In this document: in pieces, positions 14,801 through 32,800 of the stretch
Position numbering within the stretch: position 1 is the stretch's first letter
Layout: every line of letters starts with the position of its first letter
Origin: the human T2T-CHM13v2.0 reference genome, Homo sapiens
Length of the DNA stretch: 64,000 nt
Assembly: GCF_009914755.1 (NCBI RefSeq)
Contig: NC_060928.1
Strand: one strand, 5' to 3'
The notes under the pieces: generated by a model
What the model saw: only the letters and a program-made list of their open reading frames with translations
Database searches by the model: none
What the model was told of the DNA's origin: nothing
Program-made: the position numbers and the translations under genes

Positions 14801-17800
14801 ATATACAGTATATAATACATACTTTGGGTACTTTGATATTTTATGTACAGTATATAATACATACTTTGGGTAGTTTGATATTTTATGTACAGTATATAAT
14901 ACATACTTTGGGTAGTTTCATATTTTATGTGAAGTATATAATATATAGTTTGGGTACTTTGGTATTTTATGTCCAGTATAAAATATATAGTTTTCATACT
15001 TTGATATTTTATGTACAGAATATAGTTTGAGTACTTTGATATTTTATGTACACTTTATTATAAATGTTTAGTTACTTTCCTATTTTATGTACAGTATATA
15101 ATACATAGTTTGGGCACTTTGATATATTATGTACAGTATATAATACATACATTGGGTTCTTTGATATTTTATGTACAGTATATAATACATACTTTGGGTA
15201 ATTTTATATTTTATGTACAGTATATAATACATACTTTGGGTAGTTTTATATTTTATGTACAGTATATAATACATACTTTGCGTACTTTGATATATTATGT
15301 ACAGTATATAATACATCCTTTGGTTACTTTGATATATTATGTACAGTATATAATACATACTTTGGGTACTTTGATATTTTATGTAGAGTATATAATACAT
15401 ACTTTGGGTACTTTGATATTTTATGTACAGTTTATTATAAATGTTTGGGTACTTTCATATTTTATGTACAGTATATAATACATACCTTGGGTACTTTTAT
15501 TTTATGTACAGTATATAATACATACATTGGGTACTTTGATATTTTATGTACAGTATATAATACAAAATTTGGGTACTTTGATATTTTATGTACAGTATGT
15601 AATATATACTTTGGGTACGCTGATAGTTTATGTACAGTATATAATACAACCTTTGGGTACTTTGGTATTTTATGTACAGTATATAATACACACTTTGGGT
15701 ACTTTGATATTTTATGTACAGTATATAATACATACTTTGGGTACTTTGATATTTTATGTACAGTATATAATATATAGTTTGGGTACTCTGATATTTTATG
15801 TACAGTATATAATACATAGTTTTTGTACTTTGATATTTTATGTACAGTATATAATCCATACTTTGGGTACTTTGATATTTTATGTACAGTATACTATATA
15901 TAGCTTGGGTACTTTGTTAATTTATGTACGGTATACAATATAGAGTATTGGTATTTTGATATTTCATGTACAGTATATAGTTAGAGTACTTTGATATTTT
16001 ATGTACAGTTTATTATAAATGTTTGGGTACTTTCATATTTTATGTACAGTATATAATACATACCTTGGGTACTTTTATTTTATGTACAGTATATAATACA
16101 TACATTGGGTACTTTGATATTTTATGTACAGTATATAATACAAAATTTGGGTAGTTTGATATTTTATGTACAGTATGTAATATATACTTTGGGTACGCTG
16201 ATAGTTTATGTACAGTATATAATACACCCTTTGGGTACTTTGATATTTTATGTACAGTATATAATACACATTTTGGGTACTTTGATATTTTATGTACAGT
16301 ATATAATACATACTTTGGGTACTTTGATATTTTATGTACAGTATACAATAAATACTTTGGGTACTTTGATATTTTATGTACAGTATATAATACATACTTT
16401 GGGTACTTTGATATTTTATGTACAGTATATAATACATACTTTGGGTACTTTGTTATTTTATGTACAGTATACTATATATAGTTTGGGTACTTTGTTATTT
16501 TATGTACGGTATACAATATATAGTATTGGTACTTTGATATTTCATGTACAGTATATAGTTTGAGTACTTTGTTATTTTATGTACAATTTATTATAAGTGT
16601 TTGGGTACTTACATATTTTATGTACAGTATATAATACATACCTTAGGTACTTTTATTTTATGTACAGTATATAATACATACATTGGGTAAGTTGATATTT
16701 TATTTACAGTATGTAATATATACTTTGGGAACGCTGATATTTTATGTACAGTATATAATACACACATTGTGTACTTTGATATTTTATGTACAGTATATAA
16801 TACATACTTTGGGTTCTTTGATATTTTATGTACAGTATATAATACATACTTTGGGTTCTTTGATATTTTATGTACAGTATATAATACATACTTTGGGTAA
16901 TTTGATATATTATGTACAGTATATAATACATACTTTGGGTACTTTGATATATTATGTACAGTATATAATACACAGTTTGGGTACTGTGATATTTTATGTA
17001 CAGTATATAATACATACTTTGTGTACTTTGATACTTTAAGTACAGTATATAATACATACTTTGGGTACTTTGATACTTTTGTACAGTATACAATACATAC
17101 TTTGGGTACTTTGATATGGTATGTACAGTATATAATACTTTGGGAACTTTGATATTTTATGTACTGTATATAAGGCATACTTTGGGTACATTGATATTTT
17201 ATGTACAGTATATAATACATACTTTGGGTACTTTGATATTTTATGTACAGTATATAATACATACTTTGGGTACTTTGATATTTTATGTACAGTATACTAT
17301 ATATAGTTTGGGTACTTTGTTATTTTATGTACGGTATGCAATATATGGTATTGGTATTTTGATATTTCATGTACAGTATATAGTTTGAGTACTTTGATAT
17401 TTTATGTACAGTTTATTATAAATGTTTGGGTACTTTCATATTTTATGTACAGTATATAATACATAACTTGGGTACTTTTATTTTATGTGCAGTATATAAT
17501 ACATACATTGGGTATTTTGATATTTTATGTACAGTATATAATACACAATTTGGGTACTTTGATATTTTATGTACAGTATGTAATATATACTTTGGGTACT
17601 TTGATATTTTATGTACAGTATATAATACACACTTTGGGTACTTTTATATTTTATGTACAGTACATAACACCCACTTTGGGTACTTTGATATTTTATGTCC
17701 AGTATATAATACATACTTTGGCTACTTTGATATTTTATGTATAGTATATAATACATACTTTGGGTACTTTTATATTTTATGTACAGTATATAATACATAC

Positions 17801-20800
17801 TTTGGGTACTTTGATATATTATGTACAGTATATAATACATAATTTGGGTACTGTGATATATTATGTACAGTATATAATACATACTTTGGGTACTTTGATA
17901 TTTTATGTACAGCATATAATACATACTTTGGGTACTTTTATATTTTATGTACAGTATATAATACATACTTGGGTATTTTGATATATTAAGTACAGTATAT
18001 AATACTTACTTTGGGTACTTTGATATATTATGTAAAGTATATAATACATAATTTGGGTACTTTGATATTTTATGTACAGTATATAATACATACTTTGTGT
18101 ACTTTGATACTTTAAGTACAGTATATAATACATACTTTGGGTACTTTCATATTTTTTGTACAGTATACAATACATACTTTGGGTACTTTGATATTTTATG
18201 TACAGTATATAATACATACTTTGGGTATTTTGATATTTTATGTACAGTATATAATGCATACTTTGGGTACTTTGATATTTTATGTACAGTATATAATACA
18301 AACTTTGGGTACGTTGATATTTTATGTACAGTATATAATACATACTTTGGGTACTTTGATATTTTATGTACAGTATATAATACATACTTTCGGTACTGTG
18401 ATGTTTTATGTACAGTATATAATACATACTTTGTGTACTTTGATACTTTAAGTACAGTATATAATACAAACTTTGGGTACTTTTAAATTTTATGTACAGT
18501 ATACAATACATGCTTTGGGTACTTTGATATTTTATGTACAGTATATAATACATACTTTGGGTAGTTTCATATTTTATGTGAAGTATAAAATATATACTTT
18601 GGGTACTTTGATATTTTAGGTAGAGTATATAATACATACTTTGGGTATGTTGATATTTTATGTACAGTATGTAATACATACCTTGGGTACTTTGATATTT
18701 TATGTACAGTATATAATACATACTTTGGTTACCTTGATATTTTATGTACAGTATGTAATACATACTTTGGGTACTTTGATATTTTATGTACAGTATATAA
18801 TACATACTTTGGGTAGTTTCATATTTTATGTGAAGTATATAATATATAGTTTGGGTACGTTGGTATTTTATGTACTGTATATAATACATACATTGGGTAC
18901 TTTTATATTTTATGTACAGTATATAATACATATTTTGGGTACTTTGATATTTTATGTACAGTATATAATACACACTTTGAGTACTTTGATATTTTATGTA
19001 CAGTATGTAATACATACTTTGCGTACTTTGATATTTTATGTACAGTATATAGTTTGAGTACATTGATATTTTATGTTCAGATTATTATAAATGTTTGGGT
19101 ACTTTCATATTTTATGTACAGTATATAATACATACTTTGGGCACTTTGATATTTTATGTACAGTATATAATACATAGTTTCCGTACTTTGATATTTTATG
19201 TACAGTATATAATACATACTTTGGGTACTTTGATATTTTATGTACAGTATACTCTATATAGTTTGGGTAATTTGTTATTTTATGTACGGTATACAATATA
19301 TAGTGTTGGTACTTTGATATTTCATGTACAGTATATAGTTTGAGTACTTTGTTATTTTATGTACAGTTTATTATAAATGTTTGGGTACTTACATATTTTA
19401 TGTACAGTTTATAATACATACCTTGGGTACTTTTATTTAATGTACAGTATATAATACATACTTTGGGTACTTTGATATTTTATATACAGTATACAATATA
19501 TAGTATTGGTACTTTGATATTTTATGTACAGTATATAATACATACTTTGGGTACTTTGATATTTTATGTACAGTATATCACACATACTTTGGGTACTTTT
19601 TTATTTTATGTACAGTACATAATACATACCTTGGGTACTTTTATTTTATGTATAGTATATAATACATACATTGGGTACTTTGATATTTTATGTACAGTAT
19701 ATAATACATACTTTGGGTAATTTGATATATTATGTACAGTATATAATACACACTTTGGGTACTTTGATATATTAAGTACAGTATATAATACATAATTTGG
19801 GTACTTTGATATTTTATGTACTGTATATAATACATACTTTGTGTACTTTGATACTTTAAGTACAGTATATAATACATACTTTGGGTACTTTGATATTTTT
19901 TGTACAGTATACAATACATACATTGGGTACTTTGATATTTTATGTACAGTATATAATACATACTTTGGGTACTTTGATATTTTATGTACAGTATATAATG
20001 CATACTTTGGGTAATTTGATATTTTATGTACAGTATATAATACATACTTTGGGTACTTTGATATTTTATGTACAGTATATAATACATACATTGGGTACTT
20101 TGATATTTTATGTACACTATATAATACATACTTTGGGTACTTTGATATTTTATGTACAGTATATAATACATACTTTGGGTACTTTTATATTTTATGTACA
20201 GTATATAATACATAATTTGAGCACTTTGATATTTTATGTACAGTATACAATACATACTTTGGGTACTTTGATATTTTATGTACAGTATATAGTTTGAGTA
20301 CTTTGATATTTTATGTACAGTTTATTATAAATGTTTGGGTACTTTCATATTTTATGTAGAGAATATAATACATACTTTGGGCACTTTGATATCTTATGTA
20401 CAGTATATAATACATACTTTGGGTACTTTGGTATTTTATGTACAGTATATAATACATACTTTGGGTACTTTGATATTTTATGTACAGTATAGAATATATA
20501 GATTAGGTACTTTGATATTTTATGTACAGTATATAATACATACATTGGGTTCTTTGATGTTTTATGTACAGTATATGATACATAATTTGGGTACTTTTAT
20601 ATTTTATGTACAGTATATAATACATACTTTGGGTACTTTGATATATTAAGTACAGTATATAATACATAATTTGGGTACTTTGATATTTTATGTACTGTAT
20701 ATAATACATACTTTGTGTGCTTTGATACTTTAAGTACAGTATATAATACATACTTTGGTCTCTTTGATGTTTTATGTACAGTATATAATACATACTTTGG

Positions 20801-23800
20801 TTTCTTTGATATTTTATGTACAGTATATAATGCATAGTTTTAGGTACTTTTATATTTTATGTACAGTATATAATACATACTTTGGGTACATTGATATTTT
20901 ATGTACAGTATATAATACATATTCTGTGCACTTTGATGTTTTATGTACAGTATATAATACTTACTTTGGGTTCTTTGATATTTTATGTACACTATATAAT
21001 ACATAATTTGGGTACTATTATATTTCATGTACAGTATATAATACATATTTTGGGTACTTTTATATTTTATGTACAGTATATAATACATACCTTGACTACT
21101 TATATATATTATGTACAGCATATAATACATACTTAGGGTACTTTGACATTTTATGTACAGTATATAATACTTACTTTGGGTACTTTGATATTTTATGTTC
21201 AGTATAGAATACATACTTTGTGTACTTTGATATTTTATGTACAGTATATAACCCATACTTTGGGTACTTTGATATTTTATGTATAGTATATAATACATAC
21301 TTTGGGTACTTTGATATTTTTTGTACAGTATACAATATATAGTTTGATTATTTTGATATTTTATGTGCAGTATAAAATATATAGTTTTGGTACTTTGATA
21401 TTTTATGTACAGTATATAGTTTGAGTACTTTGATATTTTATGTACACTTTATTATAAATATTTGGGTACTTTCCTAATTTATGTACAGTATTTAATACAT
21501 AATTTGGGCGCTTTGATATTTTATGTACAGAATATAATACATACATTGGGTTCTTTGATATTTTATGTACAGTATATAATACATACTTTGGGTAATTTTA
21601 TACTTTATGTACAGTATATAATACATACTTTGGGTAGTTTTATATTTTATGTACAGTATATAATACATACTTTGCGTACTTTGATATATTATGTACAGTA
21701 TATAATACATACTTTGGGTACTTTGATATATTATGTACAGTATATAATACATACTTTGGGTATTTTGATATTTTCTGTACAGTATATAATACATACATTT
21801 GGTACTTTGATATTTTGTGTATAGTATATAATACATACTTTGGGTACTTTTATATTTTATGTACAGTATATAATACATACTTTGGGCACTTTGATATTTT
21901 ATGTAGAGTATATAATACATACCTTGGGTACTTTGATATTTTATGTACGGTATATAATACATACTTTGGGTACTTTGATATTTTATGTACAGTATATAAT
22001 ATATAGTTTGGGTACTTTGATATTTTATGTACAGTATATAATGCATAGTTTGGGTACTTTGATATTGTATGTACAGTATATAATACATACTTTGTGTACA
22101 TTGATATTTTATGTACAGTATACTATATATAGTTTGGGTACTTTGTTATTTTATGTACGGTATACAATATATAGTATTGGTATTTTGATATTTCATGTAC
22201 AGTATATAGTTTGAGTACTTTGATATTTTATGTACAGTTTATTATAAATGTTTGTGTACTTTCATATTTTATGTACGGTATATAATACATACCTTGGGTA
22301 CTTTCATTTTATGTACAGTATATAATACATACATTGGGTACTTTAATATTTTATGTACAGTATATAATACACAATTTGGGTACTTTGATATTTTATGTAC
22401 AGTATGTAATATATACTTTGGGTACTTTGATATTTTATGTACTATATATAATACACACTTTCGGTACTTTGATATTTTATGTACAGTATATAATACACAC
22501 TTTGTGTACTTTGATATTTTATGTACAGTATATAATACATACTTTGGGTACTTTGATATTTTATGTGCAGTATATAATACATACTTTGGGTACTTTTATA
22601 TTTTATGTACAGTATATAATACATACTTTGGGTACTTTGATATATTATGTACAGTATATAATACATAATTTGGGTACTTTGATATTTTATGTACAGTATA
22701 TAATACATACTTTGTGTATTTTGATACTTTAAGTACAGTATATAATACATACTTTGGGTAGTTTGATATTTTATGTACAGTATACAATACATAATTTGGG
22801 TACTTTGATATTTTATGTACAGTATATAATACATACTTTGGGTACTTTGATATTTTATGTACAGTATATAATGCATACTTTGGGTACTTTGATATTTTAT
22901 GTAGAGTATATAATACATACTTTGGGTACGTTCATATTTTATGTACAGTATATAATACATAATTTGGGTACTTTCATATTTTATGTACAGAATATAATAT
23001 ATAGTTTGGGTACTTTGATATTTTATTTACAGCTTATAATACATACTTTGGGTACTTTCATATTTTATGTACAGTTTATAATACATACTTTGGGTACTTT
23101 GATATTTTATGTACAGTATACAATATATAGTTTGAGTTCTTTAATATTATTTGTCCAGTATAAAATATATAGTTTTGGTACTTTGATATTTTATGTACAG
23201 TATATAGTTTGAGTACTTTGATATTTTATGTACAGTTTATTATAAATGTTTGGGTACTATCATATTTTATGTACAGTATATAATACATAGTTTGGGCAAT
23301 TTGATATTTTATGTACAGTATGTAATGCATACTTTGGGTACTTTGATATTTTATGTAGAGTATATAATACATACTTTGGGAACTTTGATATTTTATGTAC
23401 CGTATATAATACATACTTTGGGTACTTTCATATTTTATGTACAGTATATAATATATAGATTGGGTACTTTGGTATATTATGTACTGTATATAATACATAC
23501 TTTGGGTACTTTGATATTTTATGTACAGTATACAATACATATTTTGGGTACTTTGATATTTTATGTACAGTATATAATACACACTTTGAGTACTTTGATA
23601 TTTTATGTACAGTATGTAATACATACTTTGGGTACGTTGATATTTTATGTACAGTATATAATACACACTTTGGGTACTTTGATATTTCAAGTCCAGTAGA
23701 AAATATATAGTTTTGATACTTTGATCTTTTATGTACACTATATAGTTTGAGTACATTGATATTTTATTTACAGTTTATTATAAATGTTTGGGTACTTTCA

Positions 23801-26800
23801 TATTTTATGTACAGTATATAATGCATACCTTGGGTACTTTTATTTTATGTACAGTATACAATACATACTTTGGGTACTTTGATATTTTATGTACAGTATA
23901 TAATACATACTTTGCGTACTTTGATATATTATGTACAGTAAATAATGCATACTTTGGGCACTTTGATATGTTATGTACAGTATGTAATAGATACTTTGGG
24001 TACTTTCATATTTTATGTACAGTATTTAATACATACTTTGGGTACTTTGATATTTTGTGTATAGTATATAATACATACTTTGGGTACTTTGATATTTTAT
24101 GTACAGTATACAATACATAATTTGGGTACTTTGATATTTTATGTACAGTATGTAATACATACTTTGTGTACTTTGATATTTTATATACAGTATATAATAC
24201 ATACTTTGGGTACTTCAATATTTTATGTACAGTATATAATACACACTTCGAGTACTTTGATATTTTATGTACAGTATATAATGCATACTTTGGGTACTTT
24301 GTTATTTTATGTACAGTATATAGTTTGAGTACATTGATATTTTATGTACACTTTATTAAAAATGTTTGGGTACTTTCATATTTTATGTACAGTATATAAT
24401 ACATACTTTGGGCACTTTGATATTTTATATACAGTATATAATACATACTTTGGGTACTTTGATATCTTATGTACAGTATATAATACATACTTTGGGTCCT
24501 TTGATATTTTATGTACAGTATATAATATATAGTTTGGGTACTTTGATTTTTTATGTACAGTATATAATTCATAGTTTGGGTACTTTGATATTATATGTAC
24601 AGTATATAATACATAGTTTGGGTACTTTGATATTTTATGTACAGTATACTATATATAGTTTGGGTACTTTGTTTTTTTATGTACGGTATACAATATATAG
24701 TATTGGTACTTTGATATTTCATGTACACTATATAGTTTGAGTACTTTGATATTTTATGTACAGTTTATTATAAATGTTTGGGAACTTACATATTTTATGT
24801 ACAGTATGTAATACATACCTTGGGTACTTTTATTTTATGTACAGTATATAATACATACATTGGGTACTTTGATATTTTATGTACAGTATATAATACACAA
24901 TTTGGGTACTTTGATATTTTATGTACAGTATATAATGCATACTTTGTGTACTTTGATACTTTAAGTGCAGTATATAATACATACTTTGGGTACTTTGAAA
25001 TTTTATGTATACAGTACATACTTTGGGTACTTTGATATTTTATGTACAGTATATAATACATACTTTGGGTACTTTGATATTTTATGTACAGTATATAGTT
25101 TGAGTACTTTGATATTTTATGTACAGTTTATTATAAATGTTTGGGTACTTTCATATTTTATGTACAGTATATAATACATACTTTAGGCACTTTGATATTT
25201 ACTGTACAGTATGTAATAAATACTTTGTGTACTTTGATATATTATGTACAGTATATAATACATACTTTGGGTACTTTGATATTTTATGTACAGTATATAA
25301 TACATACTTTGGGTACTTTGATATTTTATGTACAGTATATAATACATACTTTGGGAACTTTTATTTTATGTGCAGTATATAATACATACTTTGGGTACTT
25401 TGATATTTTATGTTCAGTATATAGTTTGAATACTTTGATATTTTATATATAGTTGATTATTAATGTTGGGTACTTTGATATTTTATGTACAGTATATAAT
25501 GCATACTTTGGGTACTTCGATATTTTATGTACAGTATATAATACATACTTTGGGGACTTTGATATTGTATGTACAGTTTATAATATATAGTATGGGTACT
25601 TTAATATTTTATGTACAGTATATAACACATACTGTCGGTACTTTGATATTTTATGTATTGTATACAATACATACTTTGGGTACTTCGATATTTTATGTAC
25701 AGTATACTATATATAGTTTGGGTACTTTGATATTTTATGTCCAGTACAAAATAAATATTGTGGGTACTTTGATATTTTAAGTACAGTATATAGTTTGAGT
25801 ACTTTGATATTTTATGTACAGTTTATTATAAATGTTTGGGTGCTTTCATATTTTATGTACAGTATATAATACATACTTTGGGCACTTTGATATTTTATGC
25901 AGAGTATATAATACACACTTTGGGTACTTTGATATTTTATGTACAGTATATAATACATACTTTGGGTACTTTGATATTTTATGTACAGTATATAATACAT
26001 ACTTTGGGTACTTTGATGTATTTTGTACAGTATATAATACATACTTTGCGTACTTTGATATTTTACGTACAGTATATAGTTCATACTTTGGGTACGTTGA
26101 TATTTTATGTACAGTATACAATACATAATTTGTGTATTTTGATATTTTATGTATAGTATATAATATATAGTTTTGGTACTTTGATATTTTATATACAGTA
26201 TATAATACATACTTTGTGTACTTTGATATTTTATGTACAGTATATAATATATAGTTTGAGTACTTTGATATTTTATGTACTGTATAAAATATAATGTTTT
26301 GGTAGTTTGATATTTTCTGTACAGCATATAGTTTGAGTACTTTGATATTTTATGTACCGTTTATTATAAATGTTTGGGTGCTTTCATATTTTATGTACTG
26401 TATATAATACATACTTTGGGCACTTTGATATTTTATGTACAGTATATAATACATACTTTGGGTACTCTGATATTTTATGTACAGTATATAATACATACTT
26501 TTGGTACTTTGATATTTTATGTACAGTATATAATACATACTATGAGTGCTTTGATATATTATGTACAGTATATAATACGTACTTTGGGTATTTTGATATT
26601 TTATGTCCAGTATATAATACATAGTTTGTGTACTTTGATATTTTATGTACTGTATAAAATACATATTTTGGGTACTTTGATATTTCATGTACAGTATATA
26701 ATACATACTTTGGGTACTTTCTTATTTTATGTACAGTATATAATATATAGTTTGGGTACTTTGATATTTTATCTACAGCTTATAATACATAATTTGGGTA

Positions 26801-29800
26801 CTTTGATATTTTATGTACAGTATATAGTTTGAGTACTTTGATATTTTATGTACAGTTTATTATTAATGTTTGGGTACTTTGATATTTTATGTACAGTGTA
26901 TAATGCGTACTTTGGGTACTTTGATATTTTATGTAGAGTATATAATACATACTTTGTGTATTTTGATATTGTATGTACAGTATATAATATATAGTGTGTG
27001 TACTTTGATATTTTATGTACAGTATATAACACATAGTTTTGGTACTTTGATATTTTATGTACAGTATACAATACATACTTTGGGTACCTCCATATTTTAT
27101 GTAGAGTATACTATATATAGTTTGGGTACTTTGATATTTTATGTCCAGTATAAAATAAATAGTTTTGGTACTTTGATATTTTATGTACAGTATATAGTTT
27201 GAGAACTTTGATATTTTATGTACAGTTTATTATAAATGTTTGGGTGCTTTCATATTTTATGTACAGTATATAATACATAATTTGGGCACTTTGATATTTT
27301 ATGTAGAGTATATAATACCCACTTTGGGTATTTTGATATTTTATGTACAGTATATAATACATACTTTGGGTACTTTGATATTTTATGTACAGTATATAAT
27401 ACATACTTTGGGTACTTTGATATTTTATGTACAGTATATAATACATAATTTGGGTTCTTTGATATTTTATGTACAGTGTATAATACATAGTTTGTGTACT
27501 TTGATACTTTAAGTACAGTATATAATACATATTTTGGGTACTTTCATATTTTATGTACAGTATATAATAATACTTTGGGCACTTTGTTATTTTATGTACA
27601 GTATGTAATACATACTTTGGGTACTTTGGTATTTTATGTACAGTATATTTTGAGTACTTTGATATTATATGTACAGTTTATTATAAATGTTTGGGTACTT
27701 TCATATTTTATGTACAGTATATAATACATACTTTGGGCACTTTGATATTTTATGTACAGTATATAATACATACTTTGGGTAATTTGATATATTATGTACA
27801 GTATGTAATACATACTTTGGGTACTTTGATATAGTATGTACAGTATATAATACATACTTTGGGCACTTTGATATTTTATGTACAATATGTAATACATAGT
27901 TTCGGTACTTTGATATTTTATGTACAGTATATAATACATACTTTGGGTACTTTGATATTTTATGTACAGTATAAAATATATAATTTGAGTACTTTGATAT
28001 TTTATGTCCAGTATAAAATATATAGTTTTCGTACTTTTATATTTTATGTACAGAATGTAGTTTGAGTACTTTGATATTTTATGTACTCTTTATTATAAAT
28101 GTTTAGGTACTTTCCTATTTTATGTACACTATATAATACATAATTTGGGTACTTTGATACTTTATGTACAGTATATAATACATACTTTGGGTACTTTTAT
28201 ATTTTATGTACAGTATACAATATATACTTTGGGTAGTTTTATATTTTATGTACAGTATATAATACATACTTTGCGTACTTTGATATATTATGTACAGTAT
28301 ATAATACATACTTTGGGTAGTTTGATATATTATGTACAGTATATAATACACACTTTGAATGCTTTGATATTTTATGTACAGTATGTAATACATACTTTGG
28401 GTACTTTGATACTTTATGTACAGTATATAGTTTGAGTACTTCGATATTTTATGTACAGTTTATTATAAATGTTTGGGTACTTTCATATTTTATGTACAGT
28501 ATATAATACATACCTTGGGTACTTTTATTTTATGTACAGTATATAATACATACATTGGGTACTTTGATATTTTATGTACAGTATATAATACACAATTTGG
28601 GTACTTTGATATTTTATGTACAGTATGTAATATATACTTTGGGTACGCTGATATTTTATGTACAGTATGTAATATATACTTTTGGGTACTTTGACATTTT
28701 ATGTGCAGTATATAATACACACTTTGGGTACTTTGATATTTTATGTACAGTATTTAATACATGCTTTGGGTACTTTAATATTTTATGTGCAGTATATAAT
28801 ACATACTTTGGGTACTTTTATATTTTATGTACAGTATATAATACATACTTAGGTACTTTGATATATTTTGGACAGTAGATAATACATACTTTGGGTATTG
28901 TGATATATTATGTACAGTATATAATACATACTTTGGGTACTTTGATATTTTATGTACCGTATATAATACATAGTTTGGGTACTTTTATATTTTATGTACC
29001 GTATATAATACATATTTTCGGTACTTTGATATATTATGTACAGTATATAATACATAGTTTGGGTACTTTGATATTTTATGTACAGTATATAATACATAAT
29101 TTGGGTACTTTGATATTTTATGTACAGTATATAATACATACTTTGTGTACTTTGATACTTTAAGTACAGTATATAATACATACTTTGGGTATTTGATATT
29201 TTATGTACAGTATACAATACATACTTTGGGTACTTTGATATTTTATGTACAGTATATAATACATACTTTGCGTACTTTGATATAGTATGTACAGTATATA
29301 ATACATACTTTGGGTACTTTGATATATTATATACAGTATATAATACATACTTTGGGTACTTTGATATTTTATGTACAGTATATAATACATACTTTGGGTA
29401 CTTTGATATTTTATGTACAGTATGCAATACATACTTTGGGTACTTTGATATTTTATGTGCAGTATATAATACATAATTTGGGTACTTTGATATTTTATGT
29501 ACAGTATATAATGCATATTTTGGGCACTTTGATATATTATGTACAGTATACAATACATACTTTGGGTACTTTGATATTTTATGTACAGTATATAATACAT
29601 ATTTTGGGTACTTTGATATTTTATGTATAGTATATAATACAAACTTTGAGTGCTTTGATATTTTATGTACAGTATGTAACACATACTTTGGGTACTTTGA
29701 TATTTTATTTACAGTATATAGTTTGAGTACATTTATATTTTATGTACAGTTTTTTATAAATGTTTGGGTACTTTCATATTTTATGTACAGTATATAATAC

Positions 29801-32800
29801 ATACTTTGGGCACTTTGATATTTTATATACAGTATATAATACATACTTTGGGTACTTTGCTATTTTATGTACAGTATATAATACATACTTTGGGTACTTT
29901 GATATTTTATGTACAGTGTACTATATATAGTTTGAGTACTTTGTTATTCTATGTACGGTATACAATATATAGTATTGGTACTTTGATATTTCATGTGCAC
30001 TATATAGTGTGAGTACTTTGATATTTTATGTACAGTTTATTATAAATGTTTGGGTACTTACATATTTTATGTACAGTATATAATACATATCTTGGGTACT
30101 TTTATTTTATGTACAGTATATAATACATACATTGGGTACTTTGATATTTTGTGTACAGTATATAATACACAATTTGGGTACTTTGATATTTTATGTACAG
30201 TATGTAATATATACTTTGGGTACGCTGATATTTTATGTACAGTATATAATACATACTTTGGGTACTTTGATATTTTATGTACAGTATATAATACATACTT
30301 TGGGAACTTTTATATTTTATGTACAGTATATAATACCTACATTGGGCACTTTGATATTTATGTACAGTATACAATACATACTTTGGGTACTTTGATATTT
30401 GATGTACAGTATATAATACATACTTTGGGTACTTTGATATTTTATGTACAGTATATAATACATAGTTTAGGTACTTTCATATTTTTTGTACAGTATACAA
30501 TACATAGTTTGGGTACTTTGATATTTTATGTACAGTATATAATACATACTTTGGGTATTTTGATATTTTATGTACAGTATATAATGCATACTTTGGGTAC
30601 TTTGATTTTTTATGTACAGTATATAAAACAAACTTTGGGTACTTTGATATTTTATGTACAGTATATAATACATACTTTTGGTACTTTCATATTTTATGTA
30701 CAGAATATAATATATAGATTGGGTACTTTGATATTTTATTTACAGCTTATAATACATACTTTGGGTAATTTCATATTTTATGTACAGTATATAATACATA
30801 CTTTGGGTACTTTGATATTTTATGTACAGTATATAATACATACTTTGGGTAATTTGATATATTGTGTACAGTATATAATACATACTTTGCGTACTTTGAT
30901 ATATTATGTACAGTATATAATACACAATTTGGGTACTTTGATATTTTATGTACAGTATATAATACACAATTTGGGAACTTTGATATTTTATGAACAGTAT
31001 ATAATACATACTTTGGGCACTTTTATATTTTATGTACAGTATGTAATACATACTTTGGGTACTTTGATATTTTATGTACAGTATATAATACATACTTTGG
31101 GTACTTTGATATTTTATGTACAGTATATAATACATACTTTGGGTAGTTTTATATTTTATGTACAGTATATAATACATACTTTGGGCACTTTGATATTTTA
31201 TGTACAGTATACAGTACATACTTTGGGTACTTTGATATTTTATGTACAGTATATAGTTTGAGTACTTTGATATTTTATGTACAGTTTATTATAAATGTTT
31301 GGGTACTTTCATATTTTATGTACAGAATATAATACATATTTTGGGCACTTTGATATTTTATGTACAGTATATAATACATGCTTTGTGTACTTTGGCATTT
31401 TATGTACAGTATATAATACATACTTTGGGTACTTTGATATTTTATGTACAGTATAGAATATATAGTTTGGGTACTTTGATATTTTATGTACAGTATATAA
31501 TACATACTTTGGGTAGTTTGATATATTATGTACAGTATATAATACATAATTTGGCTACTGTGATATATTATGTACAGTATATAATACATACTTTGGGTAC
31601 TTTGATATTTTATGTACAGTATATAATGCATACTTTGGGTACTTTGATATTTTATGTACAGTATATAATACATACTTTGGGTACTTTGATATTTTATGTA
31701 CAGTATATAATACATACTTTGGGTACTTTCATATTTTATGTTCAGAATATAATATATAGATTGGGCAGTTTGATATTTTATTAACAGCTTATAATACATA
31801 CTTTGGGTAATTTCATATTTTATGTACAGTATATAATACATACTTTGGGTACTTTGATATTTTATGTACAGTATATAATACATACTTTGGGTAATTTGAT
31901 ATATTATGTACAGTATATAATACATACTTTGGGTACTTTGATATATTATGTACAGTATATAATACACAATTTGGGTACTTTGATATTTTATGTACAGTGT
32001 ATAATACACAATTTGGGTACTTTGATATTTTATGTACAGTATATATTACACACTTTGGGCACTTTGATATTTTATGTACAGTATGTAATACATACTTTGG
32101 GTACTTTGATATTTTATGTACAGTATATAATACATACTTTGGGTACTTTGATATTTTATGTACAGTATGTAATACATACTTTGTGTACTTTGATATTTTA
32201 TGTACAGTATATAATACATACTTTGGGTACTTTGATGTTTTATGTACAGTATAAAATATATAATTTGAGTACTTTGATATTTTATGTCCAGTATAAAATA
32301 TATAGTTTTCGTACTTTTATATTTTATGTACAGAATGTAGTTTGAGTACTTTGATATTTTATGTACTCTTTATTATAAATGTTTAGGTACTTTCCTATTT
32401 TATGTACACTATATAATACATAATTTGGGTACTTTGATACTTTATGTACAGTATATAATACATACTTTGGGTACTTTTATATTTTATGTACAGTATATAA
32501 TATATACTTTGGGTAGTTTTATATTTTATGTACAGTATATAATACATACTTTGCGTACTTTGATATATTATGTACAGTATATAATACATACTTTGGGTAG
32601 TTTGATATATTATGTACAGTATATAATACACACTTTCAATGCTTTGATATTTTATGTACAGTATGTAATACATACTTTGGGTACTTTGATATTTTATGTA
32701 CAGTATATAGTTTGAGTACTTTGATATTTTATGTACAGTTTATTATAAATGTTTGGGTACTTTCATATTTTATGTACAGTATATAAAACATACCTTGGGT

